64,000 nucleotides of DNA from Syntrophorhabdaceae bacterium (GTDB lineage Bacteria; Desulfobacterota; Syntrophorhabdia; Syntrophorhabdales; Syntrophorhabdaceae): contig OY762209.1 of the NCBI GenBank assembly GCA_963665295.1, forward strand, positions 3,392,001 to 3,456,000, in the 5' to 3' direction. Shown here piece after piece: positions 37,550 through 47,351 of this stretch; position 1 is the stretch's first letter; each line of letters begins with the position of its first letter. Below the pieces are notes generated by a model, which did no database searches, was not told where the DNA came from, and saw nothing but the letters and a program-made list of their open reading frames with translations. Made by a program: the position numbers and the translations under genes.

Positions 37550-38484
37550 GCTATGCACTGGTTGTGGCCGAAGTAAGGCGTGGTGTTTTCGAAGAGAGAA
37601 ACCTGGATGCCATCGGTATCAGCAACGTCCTCGAAAAGGACAGTGTTCTCCTCATCCCCGAAGGCACTTACGATGTCAACAGGAAACTGATCAATTCCAT
37701 GGTGAACGTGAAGGTGGCGGAGGAAATATTCCTCAACCCCCTGAATATGGTTGATGTGATAAAGAAGGTCATGGATTCGAAGGGCAAACCGGACACGATA
37801 GTCTTTACGCATTCATCGGCCGGCACGGACCTTGCCTCCTATGTGGCGGGATGGTTCAACTTGCCCCTCATTACGGATGTGAACGGATTCGACAAGGAAC
37901 GGGGTATCTTTTACAAGAGCTATTACTCCGACAAGATATTCGGCGAATTTAAGACCCTCGCTGAAGGCCCCTTCGCGGTGACGGTGCGGAGTGGAAGCTT
38001 CAAGGACTTCGCTCTTGAAAAAGGTCAGTCCGCCGCGGAAGAAACGCTGGACGGCATCGCGGTGAGCGAGTCGAGGACCTTCGTGGGCTATGTGGAAGAA
38101 GAAAAGACGGAGATCGATATCACCAAGGCGGAATTCCTCCTGTCGGTGGGAAGAGGCATAGGAAACAAGGATGAGATACCTGACTACGAAGAACTGGCTG
38201 CGCTCTTAAGAGCGGTCCTTTCAGGGTCGAGGCCGGTGATCGACAAGACATGGCTCCCCAAGGCGAGACAGGTAGGAACGTCGGGGAAGACGGTCAAACC
38301 CAAGGTCTACCTGGCCATGGGTATAAGCGGCGCGTTTCAGCATATTGCGGGCATGAAGGACTCGGATTGTATCATCGCGGTGAACAAAGACCCGGAAGCG
38401 CCCATTTTCCAGTATGCCCATTATGGCATTGTGGGAGATATGCATAAGGTCCGGGACAAACTGAAAGACATAGTAAAGGGATGA
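37546..38484 (+). CDS. etfA: Electron transfer flavoprotein alpha subunit
   Basis: SVGRG, SRP, QVGTSGKTVKP, GISGAFQH and AVNKDPEAPIF motifs; ATGA overlap with etfB. Confidence 0.95.
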   Translation: MSYALVVAEVRRGVFEERNLDAIGISNVLEKDSVLLIPEGTYDVNRKLINSMVNVKVAEEIFLNPLNMVDVIKKVMDSKGKPDTIVFTHSSAGTDLASYVAGWFNLPLITDVNGFDKERGIFYKSYYSDKIFGEFKTLAEGPFAVTVRSGSFKDFALEKGQSAAEETLDGIAVSESRTFVGYVEEEKTEIDITKAEFLLSVGRGIGNKDEIPDYEELAALLRAVLSGSRPVIDKTWLPKARQVGTSGKTVKPKVYLAMGISGAFQHIAGMKDSDCIIAVNKDPEAPIFQYAHYGIVGDMHKVRDKLKDIVKG

Positions 38485-41195
38485 TGACGGAACAGGAAGA
38501 AAAGGTAAAACGGGTTCTCGTAGTGGGCGGGGGAATAGGCGGCATCACTGCCGCCCTTGAGATCGCGTCATGCGGCGTGGACGTGACCATGCTCGAAGAG
38601 GGGCCCTCCATAGGCGGAAGGATGATCCAACTGGACAAGACCTTCCCCACCCTTGACTGCTCGACTTGCACTCTTTCGCCAAAGATGGTGGAGGTGGCTC
38701 TCCAGAAGAAGATAGAACTTCTCTCGTGGGCAAAGCCGGTGGCGGTCAGGAAAGAAGGCAAGGGCTTTGCGGTCACGGTTCTCAAGAAATCACGCTATGT
38801 GGACATAAGCAAGTGCACTGCCTGCGGAAGTTGTTCTCCGTGGTGCCCCGTAGTGATGAAGAGCGAGTTCAACATGGGCACCGGCCCGAGAAAAGCGGTC
38901 TATATTCCCTTTCCACAGGCCATACCCAACAAGGCGAGTATCGACAAGCGGGAAGACAGGCCCTGCAAAGCTGCATGTGTCGATGCGTGCCCCGTACGCA
39001 CTAACGTGCTCGGATACCTGAAACATATCAGTGAGGGAAGGTTCAGCGACGCTTACATGCTGATCAGAGAAACAAATCCTTTCCCCTCGGCTTGCGGCAG
39101 GGTGTGCTATGCGCCTTGCGAAAAGGTGTGTAACAGGGGGCAGATGGACGACCCCCTGGCGATCCGCGATCTTAAGCGGTTTGCCGTTGACTCCTTTGAC
39201 CCCGCTTCCCTGGAGACGCCCCAGGTGCAAGGAACGGAACGGAAAGTGGCGGTTATCGGCGCGGGGCCGGCAGGGCTCGCGTGCGCCCACGATCTTGCCA
39301 TGGAAGGGCATGACGTGACGGTTTACGAGGCACTCCCCGAGCCGGGCGGGATGCTCCGGTACGCAATTCCGGAATACCGTCTGCCGAAGGCGGAACTGAG
39401 GGCGGAGATCGGTTTCATCGAGAGACTCGGGGTTACGATTAAATGTGGTGTGGAGATCGGCAAAGAGGTGACCCTCGATGTCTTGAAGAGTGATTACGAA
39501 GCGGTGTTTATCGGTACCGGCGCTCCGAAGGGGCTGGGGCTCGGCGTGGAAGGAGAAGACCTTGCCGGCATAATGGACGGCATCAGGTTCCTCCGGGCGA
39601 TAAATACGGGCGAGACAATAGCGATAGGAAAGCATGTGGCCGTCATCGGCGGAGGCAATACCGCGGTGGACTGCGCGAGGACTGCAAAGCGACTTGGCAG
39701 CGAGTCGGTGAAGCTCGTTTACCGTCGTACTCGCGAGGAAATGCCTGCCGCGGACGAGGAGATAGAAGCCCTTCTGCATGAGGGAGTGGAGATCGAGTTT
39801 CTTTCAGCCCCGGTGTGTTTTTTCGGCACGAACGGCAAGCTGGCTGAGATGGAATGTATTCGCATGGAGTTGGGAGACGCGGATTCGAGTGGAAGAAGAC
39901 GTCCGGTTCCCGTCAAAGGCTCAGAGTTCAAATTGCCTGTCGACAGCGTCATCACCGCCCTCGGGCAGGCAACGGATACGTCTTTTACCGGTACTGCCGG
40001 GGTGTCGCTCGGTAAAGGCGACACTATCGTGATTGATGCCGCCACGGGAGCCACCAATATTGAGGGCATTTTTGCCGGGGGTGATGTGACTACAGGGCCT
40101 GCCTATGTGGTCGATGCGATCGCCGCGGGAAAAAAGGGCGCCCGCTCCATAAGCAAGTACCTTAAAGGGGAACCGGTGACTGCCGAGGAGGCCGGGCAAA
40201 AGCCGGAACAGCTTTCAGAGACGGAGTTGGCTGTGGTGGTGAAAAGATTTCCGAAGGCAGAACGGCTCGCCATGCCCGAGGAGCCTGTCGAAGAGAGGGT
40301 GACTGATTTTCGTGAAGTGGCGACGGGCTACCGGCCGGAGGACGCAATGAAGGAGGCGTCCCGTTGCCTTGCAGGGCAGATCGAGGGATGCATCCAGTGT
40401 GGAGAGTGCGAGAGGCGTTGCGAGGTAAATGCCGTGCATTACGACATGGAGAATGAGATCGTGGAGATGGCCTTTGACAGCATAGTCCTTGCGCCCGGAT
40501 TCGACCTCTATGATCCGACGGAGAAGAGGGAATATGGTTATGGCGTTCTTGAGGGCGTGATAAGCGGAATAGAGTTCGAAAGGATCTGCTCGGTTACAGG
40601 ACCCACAGGTGGAGATATTCTTGTGAATGGAAAGACGCCGAAGCGGTTCTTCTTCATTCAATGCGTAGGATCGAGAGACCGTCAGAGCGGGGCCCGTTAC
40701 TGTTCCAGGGTATGCTGCATGTACACCGCGAAGCACGCAAGCATTGTGAAAGACAGGATCGCCGGAGCGGAGATATATGTTTCATATATCGATGTGAGGG
40801 CCTACGGCAAAAACTATGAAGAGTTCTATAAGAGCACGCAGGAAAGCGGTACGTATTATATAAGGGGAATTCCGGGAGAGGTATCTAAAGGAGAAAACGG
40901 GCTCATAGTGAGGGTGGAGGACATGCTGAGCGGCGAACTGCGTGAGGTTGAGGCGGACCTCGTTATACTCGCCACAGGGGTGAGGCCGCGTAAGCAAACC
41001 GCGGAACTCTGCGATATAATGTCCATCGAGAGAGATGAGTACGGATTTATCAAGGTAGATTCCGTGAGCCCTTCAAAGACGAACGTGGACGGTATTTTTG
41101 TGTGCGGCATGGCTTCCGGGCCCAAGGACGTACCCGATACCGTTGCCTCGGGCGGAGAGGCCGCGTCACGGTGCATGGAGTATATAAGCGAATGA
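38481..41195 (+). CDS. HdrL-type protein: HdrA core with an inserted GltD/NfnB-like NAD(P)H-binding module
   Basis: GGGIGG and KTFPTLDCSTC; inserted CGRVC..PCE, GAGPAG, GGGNTAVD and YRR; then QCVGSRD...YCSRVCCMY. Confidence 0.88.
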   Translation: MMTEQEEKVKRVLVVGGGIGGITAALEIASCGVDVTMLEEGPSIGGRMIQLDKTFPTLDCSTCTLSPKMVEVALQKKIELLSWAKPVAVRKEGKGFAVTVLKKSRYVDISKCTACGSCSPWCPVVMKSEFNMGTGPRKAVYIPFPQAIPNKASIDKREDRPCKAACVDACPVRTNVLGYLKHISEGRFSDAYMLIRETNPFPSACGRVCYAPCEKVCNRGQMDDPLAIRDLKRFAVDSFDPASLETPQVQGTERKVAVIGAGPAGLACAHDLAMEGHDVTVYEALPEPGGMLRYAIPEYRLPKAELRAEIGFIERLGVTIKCGVEIGKEVTLDVLKSDYEAVFIGTGAPKGLGLGVEGEDLAGIMDGIRFLRAINTGETIAIGKHVAVIGGGNTAVDCARTAKRLGSESVKLVYRRTREEMPAADEEIEALLHEGVEIEFLSAPVCFFGTNGKLAEMECIRMELGDADSSGRRRPVPVKGSEFKLPVDSVITALGQATDTSFTGTAGVSLGKGDTIVIDAATGATNIEGIFAGGDVTTGPAYVVDAIAAGKKGARSISKYLKGEPVTAEEAGQKPEQLSETELAVVVKRFPKAERLAMPEEPVEERVTDFREVATGYRPEDAMKEASRCLAGQIEGCIQCGECERRCEVNAVHYDMENEIVEMAFDSIVLAPGFDLYDPTEKREYGYGVLEGVISGIEFERICSVTGPTGGDILVNGKTPKRFFFIQCVGSRDRQSGARYCSRVCCMYTAKHASIVKDRIAGAEIYVSYIDVRAYGKNYEEFYKSTQESGTYYIRGIPGEVSKGENGLIVRVEDMLSGELREVEADLVILATGVRPRKQTAELCDIMSIERDEYGFIKVDSVSPSKTNVDGIFVCGMASGPKDVPDTVASGGEAASRCMEYISE

Positions 41196-41274
41196 CAGGC
41201 AACGAACTCTTAAAACATCATAGGCCCATTGTGACGCATTGGACCTATAGAACCAATCAGGCGGGGAACTTAAC

Positions 41275-42948
41275 GTGAAAACCGGTATATTTATCTGCCA
41301 TTGCGGACACAATATCAAGCACACGGTAGATGTGAAGAAGGTAAGTCAGTTTTTTAAGGTGTTTCCCAGCGTGATCGTCTCGGAGGACTACCCCTTCGTC
41401 TGCTCCGAGCCGGGCCAGGACATGATCCACGAGAGCATCGAAAAATACGGTCTCGACCGCGTCATCATTGCGTCATGTACGCCTTCGCTCCACGGGGAAT
41501 TGTTCAAGGACCTGTTGAAGAAGTCCAACCTGAACCCCTTTCTCCTGAGGAGAGTGGGCATAAGGGAACACTGCTCGTGGGTTGGAGACGACGTAGAGAA
41601 GAATACGGCAAAGGCGATAAAGCTGATAAAAGCGGGGCTTTATGCGTCATCCCATTATGTTCCCCTGGAAGAAAAGATGGTGGACGTGACGAAGTCGGCC
41701 CTGATTATAGGGGGTGGTGTCTCCGGTTTGAGCGCAGCCCTTTTCCTTTCGAAGATGGGGATGCAGGTATTCCTTGTGGAGAAGGGGGCGGAGCTTGGCG
41801 GTCATGTGAGAACCCTTAAGGATATATGGCCCATCAGACAGGATGGCAAGGCCGTTATCGACGGCATGGTGAGCGAACTTGAGACCCGGGAAAACGTGGA
41901 GATCTTCACGTCGACCACTGTGAGCGCTTTTGAAGGCTTCTTCGGAAATTACGAGGCGACCCTCGACACCCCGTCCGGGCAGAGAAAGGTAATAGCCGGC
42001 GGGATTATCGTGTCGATAGGTTTTTCGCCCTTTGACCCTCGCGTGATACCCGAGCTGAATTACGGCAAAGACGAGAGGATCATGACCACTATCGAGTTCG
42101 AAAAGAGGAAGGATGCGCTGGGCCTTCCCGAGAACCCGAGGATTGCAGTGCTCCACTGCGTGGGGTCACGGAACGAACAACTGGGGAGACCTTACTGTTC
42201 GAGGGTCTGCTGCATAAACGCACTCAGGGTGGGGGATGCAATAAAGGACAAATACAAGGAATCCTATGTGGAATCCTTTTACATGGATGTGAGGGCCCAT
42301 CCGCGGGGCGGCGAGGAATTTTTCGAGGATACCCAGGAAAAAGGTGTTCTCTTCACGCGAAGCAACGTTGCGGAGATTGTCCCCGGTCCGGGAGGGTTGA
42401 CGATACGGGGTGAGGATACGCTGTTCGGAGAACCCTTTGAGAGGGAGTTCGATGCCGCAGTGCTCTCTGTCGGAATGTCGCCGCCGGCCGATAGCCAGTC
42501 TATCGCCTCGCTCCTCAAGATTACCCTCGATAAGGATAAGTTTTTCCTCGAAGCCCATATCAAGCTCCGTCCTTTCGATACCGCGGTAAAGGGAATCTTC
42601 ATCGCCGGCTCATGTTCGGGCCCCAAGGATATGGAGGAGTCGATCAACCATGGCAGGGCATCGGCATTAAAGCTCTTCGGGTTCCTGAACCTGGGCTATG
42701 CCTTTGTCGACCCCTTTATCTCGTGGGTTGACCCCAAGAGGTGCAGCGGATGCAGGATGTGTGAAAAAGCATGCGTTGCAAAGGCGATAAAGTATGACGA
42801 GGAAAAGAGGATCGTCCACGTTGAGGAAGCGGCGTGCATGGGATGCGGACTTTGTAACGCCACATGCCCGTCTTCGTCCGTAAGCCTCAAGGGGCATATG
42901 GACAGTTACATTGACGACGAGATCGGCGCCCTTACGGAGGCGATGTGA
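41275..42948 (+). CDS. hdrA: Heterodisulfide reductase subunit A-like protein
   Basis: GIFICHCG, ASCTP, REHCSW, GGGVSG, HCVGSRN..YCSRVCC and a C-terminal 2x[4Fe-4S] ferredoxin. Confidence 0.9.
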   Translation: MKTGIFICHCGHNIKHTVDVKKVSQFFKVFPSVIVSEDYPFVCSEPGQDMIHESIEKYGLDRVIIASCTPSLHGELFKDLLKKSNLNPFLLRRVGIREHCSWVGDDVEKNTAKAIKLIKAGLYASSHYVPLEEKMVDVTKSALIIGGGVSGLSAALFLSKMGMQVFLVEKGAELGGHVRTLKDIWPIRQDGKAVIDGMVSELETRENVEIFTSTTVSAFEGFFGNYEATLDTPSGQRKVIAGGIIVSIGFSPFDPRVIPELNYGKDERIMTTIEFEKRKDALGLPENPRIAVLHCVGSRNEQLGRPYCSRVCCINALRVGDAIKDKYKESYVESFYMDVRAHPRGGEEFFEDTQEKGVLFTRSNVAEIVPGPGGLTIRGEDTLFGEPFEREFDAAVLSVGMSPPADSQSIASLLKITLDKDKFFLEAHIKLRPFDTAVKGIFIAGSCSGPKDMEESINHGRASALKLFGFLNLGYAFVDPFISWVDPKRCSGCRMCEKACVAKAIKYDEEKRIVHVEEAACMGCGLCNATCPSSSVSLKGHMDSYIDDEIGALTEAM

Positions 42949-43005
42949 AAACAAGGGTTGCAGGTGGAAATAATCCGGACCGCGACTCAATTATTTGGAG
43001 GAAAG

Positions 43006-43425
43006 ATGTCGGAAGACAAGGCTGAAAAGAACCCGGAAATCATAGGTTTCGCATGTTCTTTTTGTACATTCAAGGCTTCTGAAATGGCGGGGAGTCTGAG
43101 GATGAAATACCCCGACGGGGTGAAGCTGGTTCAGGTCCCCTGTTCGAGCAGGGTCGATCCCGCCTTTGTCATCAAGTCGATCTTTGACGGAGCGGACGGC
43201 GTCTTTGTGGCGGGCTGCCACCCGGGGGACTGCCACTTCATTAAAGGCAACTATTTTACGCGAAGAAAGATCGCCGCCCTGAAAGAGATGCTGGATGCTT
43301 TTTCGATGAAAGACAAACTTCGTCTCTTCTGGGTGAGCGCTGCCGAGGCACGGCGTTTTGTGGAGAAGGTTTCAGGAATGTATAACGAGATAAAGGAAAA
43401 GAAAAATGCAGGGAAAACAAATTAA
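43006..43425 (+). CDS. mvhD: MvhD-like [2Fe-2S] subunit
   Basis: GFACSFC, VPCSSRVDP, GADGVFVAGCHPGDCHF and WVSAAE motifs; RBS ggagg. Confidence 0.92.
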   Translation: MSEDKAEKNPEIIGFACSFCTFKASEMAGSLRMKYPDGVKLVQVPCSSRVDPAFVIKSIFDGADGVFVAGCHPGDCHFIKGNYFTRRKIAALKEMLDAFSMKDKLRLFWVSAAEARRFVEKVSGMYNEIKEKKNAGKTN

Positions 43426-44419
43426 GAACGGCAATATCGAGAGCGCCCTTAATCGGTTTCTGGAGCAGGATGAACAACGTCTGGTTCTCGGTTACGAAAA
43501 GGGTGAAAACGATGTACGCCATCGCATATTCAAAGGAAATCTCGAACATTTCTCTTTGCTGAACCCCTTTTTCGGTGTTAACGGTGCGGTCTATCTGCGC
43601 CGGTTATTCTCAAAGGGAACGGGGATTATTCTCATGCTGAGACCCTGCGAGATAAGGGCGTACAATGAATTGATCAAATTGAACCAGATTGAGCGCGCGG
43701 GCATCACGGCCGTTTCGATTGACTGTTTCGGGGCAGTATCCCTAAAAGACAATACCGCGGAAATACCGACGGAAGCAGGCGAGTTGAAGGAATACTTCAA
43801 GGGATCGGACAATATGCGCTGGGCATGCCGGGTATGCAGGGAAAGGAGAGGTGTGGTCGGGGACGCGGGCATCAGAATCGACAAGGAAGGCAAATTCTGG
43901 GCCTTCTCCTACACGGAGAAGGGAGATGCGTTTCTTTCCCTTATCGAGGGCGAGCCCGAGGAAAGCGGCGCCGGGATGCTTCTGGAAGAGTCTCCTAAAA
44001 CGGACAAGTTCGCCACCGACATGGAACAATTTTCCAAGGACTTTTCAAAGTGCATCATGTGCAAGAACTGCAGGGATATGTGTCCTGTCTGTTATTGTGT
44101 GGATTGTGTATTCAACGGCGACGAATATCTGCCGAAGGGCGACGCACTTCTCAATAAGATCTTCCGCACAGGTTCCACGGACATGCCCCAAGGGAAAGAG
44201 CTTTTTCACATGGTCAGAATGTACCATGTATCCCAGGTTTGTGTGGGGTGCGGAGCGTGCGAGGAGGCGTGCCCCCAGGGCATTCCCCTTTCCAAGTATT
44301 TCAAGGGGATTTCGGAAAGACTCCAGGGCATGTTCTCCTATATGTCGGGAAGGAGTCTCGACGAAGACATACCTTACCTTACATTTCTTGAGGATGAATT
44401 GAAAGATGCAGAAGATTGA
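43406..44419 (+). CDS. FdhB/FrhB-like Fe-S protein
   Basis: LRPCEIRA, IDC.G, RWACRVC, CIMCKNCRDMCPVCYCVDC and CVGCGACEEACP motifs. Confidence 0.78.
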   Translation: MQGKQIKNGNIESALNRFLEQDEQRLVLGYEKGENDVRHRIFKGNLEHFSLLNPFFGVNGAVYLRRLFSKGTGIILMLRPCEIRAYNELIKLNQIERAGITAVSIDCFGAVSLKDNTAEIPTEAGELKEYFKGSDNMRWACRVCRERRGVVGDAGIRIDKEGKFWAFSYTEKGDAFLSLIEGEPEESGAGMLLEESPKTDKFATDMEQFSKDFSKCIMCKNCRDMCPVCYCVDCVFNGDEYLPKGDALLNKIFRTGSTDMPQGKELFHMVRMYHVSQVCVGCGACEEACPQGIPLSKYFKGISERLQGMFSYMSGRSLDEDIPYLTFLEDELKDAED

Positions 44420-44864
44420 TAAGATCATAGAGCTCGCAGGGCACAAAAAGGAAGACCTTTCGGTCTGCATGGGATGCAAGGTCTGCGCGTCGGTCTGTAC
44501 GGTGAACGACCTCGACATTGCCATGAACCCCCAGGAACTCCTTGTCCGTCTGTTTCTGGGAGAGGAAATAGAAAAGGACCATCCTCTTGTCCGTTACTGC
44601 ACGAGTTGCTACCGCTGTACGGGGGCGTGTCCGTGGAAGATACGGATACCGGAGGTGGTGAGAGCCTTGCGGGAGTCCCTCGACGTGGCGTCCCCCTTTG
44701 AGAAGGCGTTTAAGGGGTCCCTCAAGATTTGGGGAAGGGTTTACGAGCCTTATGTGTTTCTTATGTCGGTCTCCTTTCTGCTAAAGGAAGGCTATGTGAA
44801 ACATATGCCGAAATGGACGGAGTACATGAGCTTTCATCTGCCCCACAAAGTGAAGAGGACTTGA
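44406..44864 (+). CDS. hdrC: HdrC-like 2x[4Fe-4S] subunit
   Basis: CMGCKVCASVC and CTSCYRCTGACP motifs; lies upstream of hdrB. Confidence 0.82.
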   Translation: MQKIDKIIELAGHKKEDLSVCMGCKVCASVCTVNDLDIAMNPQELLVRLFLGEEIEKDHPLVRYCTSCYRCTGACPWKIRIPEVVRALRESLDVASPFEKAFKGSLKIWGRVYEPYVFLMSVSFLLKEGYVKHMPKWTEYMSFHLPHKVKRT

Positions 44865-44865
44865 C

Positions 44866-45546
44866 ATGGATTACGGATATTACCCAGGCTGTTCCCTGAC
44901 GGGTTCGGCTCGTAAGCTCGATAAAGGTGTAAAAGAGGTATTCAAGAAATTGGGACACCGTCTTACGGAGATCCCGGACTGGAACTGCTGCGGCGCCCTG
45001 GAATACGGAGACCGGAACGAACTGGTGGCGCTTTCCAAAGAAAACCTGAGGAAAGCCGAAGGGATGTGCAAGGAGATCGTGGCACCTTGCCCCGCGTGTT
45101 ACAAAAACCTCAAGGACGCGAATTCCGATGACAGGTTTACCATACTCAATCCCCTTGAGCTCCTTGATAAGGAAGTGCTCTCTTCCATCAACGCCAAGCG
45201 CGATCTGAAGGGAAAGGTCTTTACTCCCTATTACGGATGCGTCCTTTTGCGCCCTGAGGGAACGGCCATCAAGAATAAGAATGTAATGGAAGATCTGATC
45301 ACACACTTTGGCGGCGAGATCGAAGGCGAGAAGGTCAAGGACAGGTGTTGCGGCGGCAACCAGTTTTTTGCCAATAAATGGGCTACGGAGAAACTTTCAG
45401 GTTTGATCATCGATAAGTCGAAGGGGACCATCGTGGTATTCTGCCCCCTCTGCGAGATGGCGCTGAAGACCTTCTCGACGGGCAGGAAGATCATTTATCT
45501 CACGGACCTTGTACTCTATATCATGGGAGAGAATAACGTAATATGA
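44866..45546 (+). CDS. hdrB: HdrB-like CCG-domain subunit (short, 226 aa)
   Basis: YYPGCSL, DWNCCG, PCPAC, YYGC.LLRP, RCCG and FCPLC motifs. Confidence 0.87.
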   Translation: MDYGYYPGCSLTGSARKLDKGVKEVFKKLGHRLTEIPDWNCCGALEYGDRNELVALSKENLRKAEGMCKEIVAPCPACYKNLKDANSDDRFTILNPLELLDKEVLSSINAKRDLKGKVFTPYYGCVLLRPEGTAIKNKNVMEDLITHFGGEIEGEKVKDRCCGGNQFFANKWATEKLSGLIIDKSKGTIVVFCPLCEMALKTFSTGRKIIYLTDLVLYIMGENNVI

Positions 45547-47285
45547 ACGTACTCATAGTAGGCGGCGGTATAAGCGGCATATCTGCCGCAAAGGTTGCCC
45601 TGAAAGAAGGCCACGAGGTTACGATCCTCGAGTCCTCGCCGGAGCCGGGCGGCCTCATGGCCCGTATCGCAAACTGCAGGGTTGGGTTCACCACTTTTTT
45701 TGACGAGATACGTGATAATCCCGGACTTACGGTTATCAGGGAAAGTGTGATTACGAGTGTCGAGAAGAAAAACGGCGTGTTCGCCGTAACCCTGGCAAAC
45801 GGAAAATCCCTCGATGCGGACAAGGTGATAATCGCGGCGGGTCTGAGCCCTTACGATCCTGTCCAGTATAAGGGGAAAAGGGTGGTCACGAGTCTCGAGT
45901 ATGACGCTCTTATCGATCAGCGCAACGGCGAGCTTCCTTCGGATTTCAACAAGGTGGCCTTTGTGCTCTGTGTCGGCTCGCGTTGCGAGGAATACCCCCT
46001 CTGCTCGTCGGTCTGCTGTTCCTACACGATACGGGAGATCAAATGGACGCTTCAGAGAGCGAAACCGGATATAAAGGTTTTTTATAACGACCTTCGTTTC
46101 TTCGGACAGGAGTTTTATCTGGAGAAGATTTACAGGGATGCGGGTGTTGCTTTTGTCAGGGCAAATTCCCGGTATTTCGATGAAGACGAGACAGGTGTCA
46201 ACGTGCGGTACTATACGGACGGAGAGCTTAAAGAGGAACGGTTTGACTACGTAGTCCTCGCCATCGGGCTTCGTCCGAATCCCGAGCTACAGCGCTTGAG
46301 CGCGCTTTTCGGATTCAGCCTGAATGAGTTCGGGTTTGTGAGGGAAAAGGAGCCTTTAACCACGGACGTTGAAGGCGTCTATGTTTCGGGTGGAGCTCTT
46401 GAGCCCATGAACATAAAGGATTCCATCCTTACCGGATTTGGCGCCGGCGTGCGCGCGACCAGGGATGCAGGCTTTTCCGTGGAAGCAGCGCGAAACCGTG
46501 AAAAGCTCTATAGAGAGCCCGAGCCTGAAATTGCAGTCTCTGATGAAGGGTCTTCATGCCTTTTTTACATAGGCACGGAAGACGCAGGGTCTGCCATATT
46601 TTACGAGTATATATCATCCAAATTTATCGCCCTGGCGCGATATCTCAAGAAGGCAGGGAAGACGGTTTATGTGACCACGAAGAACATGGTTACGCCCTCT
46701 TACGCCGAAGTCGCCTATGAGGCGGCAAGAAGAGAGGGCATTATCTTTATTCACCTTGAAGAAGGGGAGCGCATAGACTTCGAGGAAGGCAAGGCACGCA
46801 TATCAGGGCTGAAAAGAAATATGACCCTGGCAGTCGATAAGGTAATCCGGTTTGAAGACTATGCCGCCTTTTTCAATGATAAGGAATTCCTTTCGCTTTA
46901 CAGATCTGAGCCTCAGCTCAGATGGTCACCTACAAAATGGGGCAGGAAGAAGTACCACGTGGGTTTTATCAGACATCCCCGGGCCGAGAGATGGGAGCCG
47001 AGAGAGGTTTTTGGCGCCCTTGGGGAAATGATTCTCGACCTGGAAGAGGAAAGGGTGCTGCCGCAGGTAAACGAAGAAAGATGCAGCGGTTGCGGTTCCT
47101 GTAAGGATGCGTGCCCTCATAGCGCTATTGAACTGGAGATAAGAGAACGAGGTATAGCCGTCTTCGGGCTTCAGGCGGCGTCCAGTGTGCCCATTGCTCA
47201 TGTAAAAGAAGACGAGTGTGCAGGTTGCGGTTTGTGCGCTTCCACATGCCCGTCCGATGTGATCAGCTATCCCGAAGTAAGGTAA
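45543..47285 (+). CDS. Third HdrA-like flavoprotein with a degenerate second module and C-terminal ferredoxin
   Basis: GGGISG, LCVGSR...CSSVCC, CSGCGSCKDACP and CAGCGLCASTCP motifs. Confidence 0.82.
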   Translation: MNVLIVGGGISGISAAKVALKEGHEVTILESSPEPGGLMARIANCRVGFTTFFDEIRDNPGLTVIRESVITSVEKKNGVFAVTLANGKSLDADKVIIAAGLSPYDPVQYKGKRVVTSLEYDALIDQRNGELPSDFNKVAFVLCVGSRCEEYPLCSSVCCSYTIREIKWTLQRAKPDIKVFYNDLRFFGQEFYLEKIYRDAGVAFVRANSRYFDEDETGVNVRYYTDGELKEERFDYVVLAIGLRPNPELQRLSALFGFSLNEFGFVREKEPLTTDVEGVYVSGGALEPMNIKDSILTGFGAGVRATRDAGFSVEAARNREKLYREPEPEIAVSDEGSSCLFYIGTEDAGSAIFYEYISSKFIALARYLKKAGKTVYVTTKNMVTPSYAEVAYEAARREGIIFIHLEEGERIDFEEGKARISGLKRNMTLAVDKVIRFEDYAAFFNDKEFLSLYRSEPQLRWSPTKWGRKKYHVGFIRHPRAERWEPREVFGALGEMILDLEEERVLPQVNEERCSGCGSCKDACPHSAIELEIRERGIAVFGLQAASSVPIAHVKEDECAGCGLCASTCPSDVISYPEVR

Positions 47286-47297
47286 GTCAAGTGACCG

Positions 47298-47331
47298 TCC
47301 GGAAGCCCGCGGAGAGCGGGTTCCCGGATTT
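47298..47331 (+). terminator. Terminator-like hairpin after the hdr operon
   Basis: tccggaagcccgc-ggaga-gcgggttcccgga-ttt. Confidence 0.6.
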
Positions 47332-47351
47332 ATATACATTGAATGTATATA
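47331..47351. promoter_or_regulatory. Perfect 21-bp palindrome, candidate operator
   Basis: TATATACATT-G-AATGTATATA. Confidence 0.5.

Noticed and set aside
35674..47285. Possible selenocysteine (UGA) readthrough in Hdr/Mvh genes
   Set aside because: The expected cluster-ligand positions are ordinary Cys codons, and the ORFs are full length without in-frame TGA.
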